Shown in pieces: positions 57,928-64,000 of a stretch of DNA of 64,000 nt. Source of the stretch: Crocinitomicaceae bacterium (GTDB lineage Bacteria; Bacteroidota; Bacteroidia; Flavobacteriales_D; Crocinitomicaceae); the NCBI GenBank assembly GCA_003247185.1, contig QKAV01000064.1, forward strand, positions 6,015 through 70,014, read 5' to 3'. Each line of letters starts with the position of its first letter. Position 1 is the first letter of the stretch. The notes below the pieces were generated by a model. It ran no database searches. It was given only the letters and a program-made list of their open reading frames with translations, and was not told the origin of the DNA. Made by a program: the position numbers and the translations under genes.

Positions 57928-58476
57928 ATGACGAAGAAAGAGCAAGATAAAAAGTTAGATCAGATCCTGGTGGATCTAAGAGCAAGTGATGATAAATTGG
58001 TGGCGCATGCTTTGAAATCATTGGAGGCACACGGAAATGCGAAAGCTATAAAACCACTCGCTAAGAGATTGATGGAGCCTTTAAGTGATAAAAACAGAGC
58101 AGATCTGATTGAATTGATCTGCAGTCTGAAAGATTCTTCTGCACGTGTGGAGCTGATGGATGTGATCGGAGATGATTTTTTCCTGCCGATTCGGAATGAA
58201 ATGTTAACGGCTGTCTGGAATATGAAAGTGGATTTCAGCGATTATGTGGCGGAATTTGTAGAAATAGCGGTAAAGGGAGATTTCATGGAAGCACTGGAAT
58301 GCCTTACCATTATAGAAAATCTGGAAGGACCGTTTATCGAGGAAGATATTCTTGAATCACAACTTCATTTGAAAAATTACCTGGAATCGACAGAACCGAA
58401 AGATGCGCAAAAAGCCCATCTGATCAGCGAAATCGCAATCAGAATTAAGGATATTAATCAGCAATTGATGGATTAA
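57928..58476 (+). CDS. Hypothetical HEAT/armadillo-like helical protein
   Basis: LVDLRASDDKLVAHALKSLEAHGNAKAIKPLAKRL is a HEAT-like repeat. The start is uncertain, with alternatives at 57856 and 57892. Confidence 0.5.
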   Translation: MTKKEQDKKLDQILVDLRASDDKLVAHALKSLEAHGNAKAIKPLAKRLMEPLSDKNRADLIELICSLKDSSARVELMDVIGDDFFLPIRNEMLTAVWNMKVDFSDYVAEFVEIAVKGDFMEALECLTIIENLEGPFIEEDILESQLHLKNYLESTEPKDAQKAHLISEIAIRIKDINQQLMD

Positions 58477-59709
58477 TCAGAATTGCCAGTTGAATCGTTC
58501 ATGCAGTTTCTGATGAATGAACCCCTGAACATGCTCATTCTCAATTTTATCGAACGCTTCACCGACAAAAGCACTTACGAGTAACGCCATTGCTTTTGGC
58601 TTTGAAATTCCACGGGCTTCCAGGTAGAAAATAGCATCGTCATCCAGCTGACCTGTGGTAGAGCCATGTGAGCATTTTACGTCATCCGCATAGATTTCTA
58701 ATTCCGGCTTTGAATTAATTGTTGCGTCTCCGGAAAGCAGTACATTTCCATTTGACTGAAATGCGTTGATTTTTTGCGCATCAGGACGTACAAATACCTT
58801 TCCGTTAAACACAGCAGTGGAATTTTCGTCCATTACGCCTTTATACAATTCATTGGAATAGCAATTTGCGACTTTGTGATCCACAACGGTATGATTGTCC
58901 ACGTGTTGCTTTCCCTTCAGCACATAAGCGCCGTATAAATTAGTAGTGGCATTCTCACCGTTCACGTCAATTTTCAGATTATTTCTGACAAGTCCTCCGT
59001 TGAGCGTGATTGTATTGATTGTAAAATGAGAATCCTTTTCCTGTTCCACCACTTCCGTGTTGATATGGAAACAAGCTTCATCCTCATATTGAAATTTGTT
59101 GATGGTAACAGTACTGTTTATACCTGCTTTAATCTCAGTTGAAACATTCGCAAAGCAATTAACAGCTCCCTGCTCACTGAAGAATCCCTGAATAACATCA
59201 AATTCGGCAAAGTCTTCTATGTTAATGATCGTTTTGAAGTTTGAAATTGCCGTGTCTCCTGATAAAACATGGATGATTTGTAATTTTCCTCCTGTTGATT
59301 TTTTCGAAACATTGACCTCAATACCATCTGTAAGATAGGCCGTATTCAGTGCGTTAAACAATTCATCATCTATTGTAAGAGAAGATTGGTCAATTTTTAT
59401 TTTTTCCTCACTCAGAACTTTAACGGAAATAGCATTATCCAAGGTATTCAGGTCTGATTCGGAAGCGATAAAATGTCCGTTCACAAAAAACACAGTCGGA
59501 TAATCAGGATCGATTATATACTGTTCTTTATTTGCGAGAGTGCCCGTATGATCTGCAAAATTCAACTTCTGCAATTTCGCAACGCGCGTATATTTCCAAT
59601 GTTCCATTCGTGTGGTAGGCCATGGAGTGGCTTCCAGTGCAGACTTGGCTTTTTCTGCCAGCTCTGCAGAGACAAATGGACTTATCGATAAATTCTTCGT
59701 AAAACTCAT
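58477..59709 (-). CDS. sufD: Fe-S cluster assembly protein SufD
   Basis: Position after sufBC. The C-terminal beta-helix motifs are shared with SufB (NGKVFVRPDAQKINAFQSNGNVLLS...PELEIYADDVKCSHGSTTGQLDDDAIFYLEARGI). Confidence 0.85.
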   Translation of the reverse strand: MSFTKNLSISPFVSAELAEKAKSALEATPWPTTRMEHWKYTRVAKLQKLNFADHTGTLANKEQYIIDPDYPTVFFVNGHFIASESDLNTLDNAISVKVLSEEKIKIDQSSLTIDDELFNALNTAYLTDGIEVNVSKKSTGGKLQIIHVLSGDTAISNFKTIINIEDFAEFDVIQGFFSEQGAVNCFANVSTEIKAGINSTVTINKFQYEDEACFHINTEVVEQEKDSHFTINTITLNGGLVRNNLKIDVNGENATTNLYGAYVLKGKQHVDNHTVVDHKVANCYSNELYKGVMDENSTAVFNGKVFVRPDAQKINAFQSNGNVLLSGDATINSKPELEIYADDVKCSHGSTTGQLDDDAIFYLEARGISKPKAMALLVSAFVGEAFDKIENEHVQGFIHQKLHERFNWQF

Positions 59710-59718
59710 ATTTCTGCC

Positions 59719-60468
59719 TTATGCAAATTCAGCTTTGATCCAATCGTAACCTTTTTCTTCCAATTCCAACGCAAGCTCTTTTGGACCGGATTTCACAATT
59801 TTTCCATCAAACAATACATGAACAAAATCAGGAACGATATAATCCAGCAGACGCTGGTAATGCGTAATCACAATTGTAGCGTTATCTTTTGATTTCAGAG
59901 CATTTACTCCACCGGCAACAATGCGCAACGCATCAATGTCCAATCCGGAATCCGTTTCGTCAAGAATGGAAAGTTTCGGCTCAAGCATCGCCATTTGGAA
60001 GATCTCATTTCGTTTCTTTTCACCGCCCGAAAATCCTTCATTGACACTTCTGGAAGCTAATTTCGGATCAAGCTCCACCAGTTTGGACTTTTCACGAACC
60101 ATTTCCATAAATTCTTTGGCAGAAATAGGTTCCTGACCATGGTATTCGCGTTTTTCATTTAACGCAGTACGTAGAAAATTGATATTTGAAACTCCCGGAA
60201 TTTCTACAGGATACTGGAAAGCCAGGAATAATCCCTCTTTCGCGCGTTCATCTGTTTCTAATTCCAGCAGATTTTTACCCTCAAAAGTAACCGAACCTGC
60301 AGTAACCTCATAGTCTTCCTTACCGGCAAGAATGGAAGCTAAAGTTGATTTTCCTGCACCATTAGGACCCATAATCGCGTGTACTTCTCCGGCATTTACC
60401 TCAAGGTTTAATCCTTTCAGGATTTCTTTCCCGTCAATGTTTGCGTGTAAATTTTCTATTTTGATCAT
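59719..60468 (-). CDS. sufC: Fe-S cluster assembly ATPase SufC
   Basis: Walker A GPNGAGKST, signature FSGGEKKRNEI, Walker B LSILDETDSGLD. Confidence 0.92.
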   Translation of the reverse strand: MIKIENLHANIDGKEILKGLNLEVNAGEVHAIMGPNGAGKSTLASILAGKEDYEVTAGSVTFEGKNLLELETDERAKEGLFLAFQYPVEIPGVSNINFLRTALNEKREYHGQEPISAKEFMEMVREKSKLVELDPKLASRSVNEGFSGGEKKRNEIFQMAMLEPKLSILDETDSGLDIDALRIVAGGVNALKSKDNATIVITHYQRLLDYIVPDFVHVLFDGKIVKSGPKELALELEEKGYDWIKAEFA

Positions 60469-60481
60469 TGTATAATATGCT

Positions 60482-61930
60482 TTATCCTACAGACCCTTCA
60501 AGGCTGATTGTTAGTAATTTCTGAGCTTCAACTGCGAATTCCATCGGAAGCTGATTTAATACCTCTTTACAGTAACCGTTAACGATCAGGCTGATCGCTT
60601 TTTCCTCACTGATCCCTCTTTGAAGGCAGTAGAAGATCTGATCTTCACCGATTTTTGAAGTTGTGGCCTCGTGTTCGATTTTCGCAGTTGGGTTCTTACA
60701 CTCAATATAAGGGAAGGTATGTGCTCCGCATGTATCGGTCATAAGAAGAGAATCGCACTGAGAAAAATTTCGGGCATTATCTGCGTTTTTATGAATCTGA
60801 ACGAGACCTCTGTACGAGTTCTGAGATTTTCCGGCAGAAATTCCTTTCGAAATAATCGTACTTTTTGTGTTTTTTCCGAGATGGATCATTTTTGTCCCGG
60901 TATCCGCCTGTTGGAAGTTATTTGTTACGGCTACGGAATAAAATTCGCCAACCGAGTTATCTCCTTTTAAGATACAGGAAGGATATTTCCAGGTAACGGC
61001 ACTTCCTGTTTCTACCTGTGTCCAGGATATTTTTGAGTTTGTACCGCAGATACCACGTTTTGTAACAAAGTTGAATACACCTCCTTTTCCTTCTTTATCT
61101 CCTGGAAACCAGTTTTGTACCGTCGAATATTTGATCTCTGCATTGTCTTTTGCGATCAGTTCGACTACTGCTGCGTGTAATTGATTTTCATCGCGTTGCG
61201 GAGCCGTACAGCCTTCGAGGTAAGAAACATAAGCTCCCTCGTCAGCGATAACCAGTGTGCGTTCAAATTGACCAGTTCCGGCTTCGTTAATTCTGAAATA
61301 AGTCGAAAGCTCCATAGGACATTTCACCCCTTTCGGAATGTAGCAAAATGAACCGTCAGTAAAAACTGCCGAATTAAGCGCTGCATAGAAATTATCCGTT
61401 GTAGGAACTACAGTTCCCATGTGTTCGCGAACCAGATCCGGGTATTCCTGAACAGCTTCAGAGAACGAACAGAAAACAATTCCCAGTTCCTTCAGTTTCG
61501 CTTTAAATGAAGTAGCGACTGAAACGGAGTCCATTACGAAATCAACTGCCACACCGGTCAATCGTTTTTGTTCCTCCAGTGAAATTCCCAACTTAGTCAT
61601 GGTTTCTTTCATTTCCGGATCCACATCATCCCATGACTCATATTTCTTGGTCTGCTTTGGTGCGGCATAATAAGTGATATCCTGAAAATCCGGCTTTTCA
61701 TACTGAACATGTGCCCATTCCGGTTCTGTCATTTCCTTCCAGATGCGGAACGCATTTAAACGGAATTCAAGTAGCCATTCCGGTTCATTCTTCTTAGCGG
61801 AAATGAAACGAATGATATCCTCATTCAGGCCTTTGGGAGCTTTATCAGATTCAATATTGGTCGTGAAACCAAACTTATACTCCTGGTTTTCGAGGTCTTT
61901 TGCTAATTCGTTTTCTGTATAATTTGCCAT
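60482..61930 (-). CDS. sufB: Fe-S cluster assembly protein SufB
   Basis: 482 aa. Typical SufB strings are present ([60 protein letters not shown]). Confidence 0.92.
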   Translation of the reverse strand: MANYTENELAKDLENQEYKFGFTTNIESDKAPKGLNEDIIRFISAKKNEPEWLLEFRLNAFRIWKEMTEPEWAHVQYEKPDFQDITYYAAPKQTKKYESWDDVDPEMKETMTKLGISLEEQKRLTGVAVDFVMDSVSVATSFKAKLKELGIVFCSFSEAVQEYPDLVREHMGTVVPTTDNFYAALNSAVFTDGSFCYIPKGVKCPMELSTYFRINEAGTGQFERTLVIADEGAYVSYLEGCTAPQRDENQLHAAVVELIAKDNAEIKYSTVQNWFPGDKEGKGGVFNFVTKRGICGTNSKISWTQVETGSAVTWKYPSCILKGDNSVGEFYSVAVTNNFQQADTGTKMIHLGKNTKSTIISKGISAGKSQNSYRGLVQIHKNADNARNFSQCDSLLMTDTCGAHTFPYIECKNPTAKIEHEATTSKIGEDQIFYCLQRGISEEKAISLIVNGYCKEVLNQLPMEFAVEAQKLLTISLEGSVG

Positions 61931-61932
61931 GA

Positions 61933-62256
61933 TCAGATCGAAAAAGATTCACCACACCCACACGTTCTGTCTGCATTCGGATTAACGAACACAAATCCCT
62001 TTCCATTCAATCCGCCGGAGTAATCTAAAGTAGTTCCAATCAGATAGAGGAAACTCTTTTTGTCGACTACTACTTTAACTCCGTTGTCTTCGAAAGCCTT
62101 GTCTTCCTCGTGCATTTCATTGTCAAATGTCAGTTGATACATCAATCCTGAGCATCCGCCTCCCTTAACACCTACACGAATGAAATAACCTGCTTTTCCT
62201 TCCTCATCCATAAGACGGATTGCCTGGCTTTTTGCTGATTCTGTGACTGTTATCAT
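61933..62256 (-). CDS. sufA: A-type Fe-S carrier (HesB/IscA/SufA family) heading the suf operon
   Basis: 107 aa with GGCSG and C-terminal CGCGESF cluster-ligand motifs. Confidence 0.85.
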   Translation of the reverse strand: MITVTESAKSQAIRLMDEEGKAGYFIRVGVKGGGCSGLMYQLTFDNEMHEEDKAFEDNGVKVVVDKKSFLYLIGTTLDYSGGLNGKGFVFVNPNADRTCGCGESFSI

Positions 62257-62414
62257 TGTAATACGTTTATCTTCGGTTAAACTATTTATTTAGATTAATT
62301 TTAAATAGCACGAAAATCTACCACAAAAATACCGTTTTTATGGTATTCAACAAAGAAATAAGGTATACTTCTTCTTCAAAGTAACTTCAGTACTTAAATA
62401 TCATTCAGTATTCC

Positions 62415-62422
62415 TAAATTTG
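62415..62422 (+). promoter_or_regulatory. Candidate Bacteroidota -7 promoter box (TAAATTTG) for ribF
   Basis: Exact TAnnTTTG match 16 nt upstream of the ribF ATG. Confidence 0.4.
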
Positions 62423-62438
62423 AAGAACAATACACTGC

Positions 62439-63377
62439 ATGCGCATATTTCAGGATTTTGACAGATTGGAAACGATTCCAAACCCCGTTCTGACGATCGG
62501 AACCTTTGATGGGGTCCATTTGGGACATCAAAAGATCATTAATCAGTTAAATGAGGAAGCAGAGTCTGTTGACGGAGAGTCGGTACTGTTTAGTTTTTAT
62601 CCGCATCCGAGAATGGTGCTTTATCCGGATAGTCATGGTTTGAAATTAATTCAGACCCAGGCAGAGAAAATGGATAAACTCAGAAGATGTGGCCTGCAAA
62701 ATGCAATTATTCATCCATTTACACCTGAATTTTCGCGTTTAACAGCAATTGAATTTGTACGGGATTTTTTAGTGAATAAACTCCATGTCAGAAAGCTGGT
62801 TATCGGTTATGATCATCAGTTTGGAAGAAATAGAGAAGGAGGGATCGACTTTCTGAGGGATGTTTGCGATACTTACGGCTTTGAGGTGATCGAAATTGCA
62901 GCGAAGGAAATAGATGATGTAAATGTCAGTTCCACAAAGATCAGAAATGCACTAAAAGAAGGTGATGTGGCACTTGCGAATATGTATTTGGGAGAACCGT
63001 TTCAAATGACAGGCAAAGTGATTCAGGGGAACAAAATCGGAAGAGATTTAGGGTTCCCTACGGCAAATCTGGACCTGGAAAATGACATTAAACTCGTTCC
63101 TGCGGATGGGGTATATGCTGTTCGGATCCAGATGGACGACGATTCCTATAAAACCGGAATGATGAACATCGGAACAAGACCTACGATTGAAAGCGATACG
63201 GAAAACCGTTCATTGGAGGTTCATATTCTTGATTTTGAGGGCGATCTTTATGGGAAATACTTAACGGTACAACTCTTGCATAGGGTACGGGAAGAATTAA
63301 AATTCGGCGATCTGGATGCATTACAAACCCAATTGAAAAATGATGAAACTACTGTGCGCAATCTGCTTAATGCTTAG
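62439..63377 (+). CDS. ribF: Bifunctional riboflavin kinase / FMN adenylyltransferase
   Basis: TIGTFDGVHLGHQ nucleotidyltransferase motif. The C-terminal riboflavin kinase motifs are GFPTANL and GVYAV...MNIGTRPT. Confidence 0.9.
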   Translation: MRIFQDFDRLETIPNPVLTIGTFDGVHLGHQKIINQLNEEAESVDGESVLFSFYPHPRMVLYPDSHGLKLIQTQAEKMDKLRRCGLQNAIIHPFTPEFSRLTAIEFVRDFLVNKLHVRKLVIGYDHQFGRNREGGIDFLRDVCDTYGFEVIEIAAKEIDDVNVSSTKIRNALKEGDVALANMYLGEPFQMTGKVIQGNKIGRDLGFPTANLDLENDIKLVPADGVYAVRIQMDDDSYKTGMMNIGTRPTIESDTENRSLEVHILDFEGDLYGKYLTVQLLHRVREELKFGDLDALQTQLKNDETTVRNLLNA

Positions 63378-63891
63378 CATTGGATCCTATGCTCAGGACA
63401 GCCCTGTCGTTTATGAATGGGAAGAGTTGAGAAGTCTGGTACATGATCCGGATACCATCGAGGCAATCAGTTTCAGGAAGATGAATCGGTATAAAAACCT
63501 TCGTAGTGTGGACTTTTCAAAAAACAATTTGTCCGAATTACCTGACTCGATCTCCAGTCTGAAGAAATTGGAGAAGATTGATCTTGAACGAAACAAGCTG
63601 GATATCTTTCCCATTCAATTCTGTCGGATGACTTCACTTCGTTGGATCAACTTGGGATTGAACACCATTGGTAATGTGCCGGCGTGTATAGAGGGGCTGG
63701 ACGATCTTGAACGATTGTATTTGTATGACAACCCGATAACGACGCTTCCGGAAGAACTGAGTAACCTGAAAAGCTTGAAATACATTGATCTTTCCGGGAT
63801 CCGCTTCAGTCCGGAATTTCAGAAAATCTGGACCGAACGGCTGGCTAACGTAAAAGTCGAATTCGATTCGCCGTGTGATTGCATGAAGTAA
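63340..63891 (+). CDS. Secreted leucine-rich-repeat protein
   Basis: Signal peptide MMKLLCAICLMLSIGSYAQ. There are about 5 LRR units (L..L..LDLS.N.L..LP). It overlaps the ribF 3' end by 38 nt. Confidence 0.65.
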   Translation: MMKLLCAICLMLSIGSYAQDSPVVYEWEELRSLVHDPDTIEAISFRKMNRYKNLRSVDFSKNNLSELPDSISSLKKLEKIDLERNKLDIFPIQFCRMTSLRWINLGLNTIGNVPACIEGLDDLERLYLYDNPITTLPEELSNLKSLKYIDLSGIRFSPEFQKIWTERLANVKVEFDSPCDCMK

Positions 63892-64000
63892 AATCAACCA
63901 TTTTCCTTTGCGATTCGTCTATAGGCTGAAAGACTTTTTGTAAATTGCTCTCTCTTTAATGAACTAACTTATGATCAGACTACTTGGAGTTACGGTTCTT

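Noticed and set aside
63971-64000. ATG at 63971 (MIRLLGVTVL...) as the start of a further gene.
   Set aside because: Only 30 nt lie inside the window, which is too little to support a call.

Overview
This window looks like a chromosomal segment of a Bacteroidota (Flavobacteriia-like) genome. Evidence: type IX secretion (T9SS) C-terminal sorting domains on several ORFs, a PorP/SprF gene, DUF2723/DUF2480-type genes, TAnnTTTG-type promoter boxes and little Shine-Dalgarno signal. Recognisable core genes are a LytS-type sensor kinase (cut by the left edge), thiL, lnt, a TonB-dependent receptor, aqpZ, a rhomboid protease, a SixA-like phosphatase, an ECF sigma operon, RNase P RNA (rnpB), tRNA-Gln(UUG), a sufA-B-C-D operon and ribF.

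Three stretches deserve attention.

(1) 16.3-36.4 kb is a single co-directional minus-strand block. It encodes three giant signal-peptide proteins of 1302, 1114 and 2368 aa. They are built from 31-aa tandem repeats, higher-order repeats, a parallel beta-helix and four LamG-containing modules, and I cannot see a T9SS sorting domain on any of them. They are followed by a small T9SS type-B-CTD protein, aqpZ, PorP/SprF and a TPR/PD40/OmpA anchor protein. I treat this as a candidate uncharacterised surface-fibre system.

(2) 36.4-45.0 kb is a gene-sparse accessory patch on the 3' side of tRNA-Gln. It holds T9SS cargo genes, a short LytTR protein, orphan hairpins and a two-gene cassette. The first protein of that cassette carries an R-N-x3-H (HEPN-like) motif, so it is a candidate toxin or defence module.

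(3) Directly upstream of tRNA-Gln there are three tandem ~56-nt copies of the tRNA's own first 26 nt. Each copy has an extra hairpin in the D-loop position, and the array probably lies inside the tRNA leader transcript.

All calls rest on reading the sequence and ORF translations by eye. No database search was possible.
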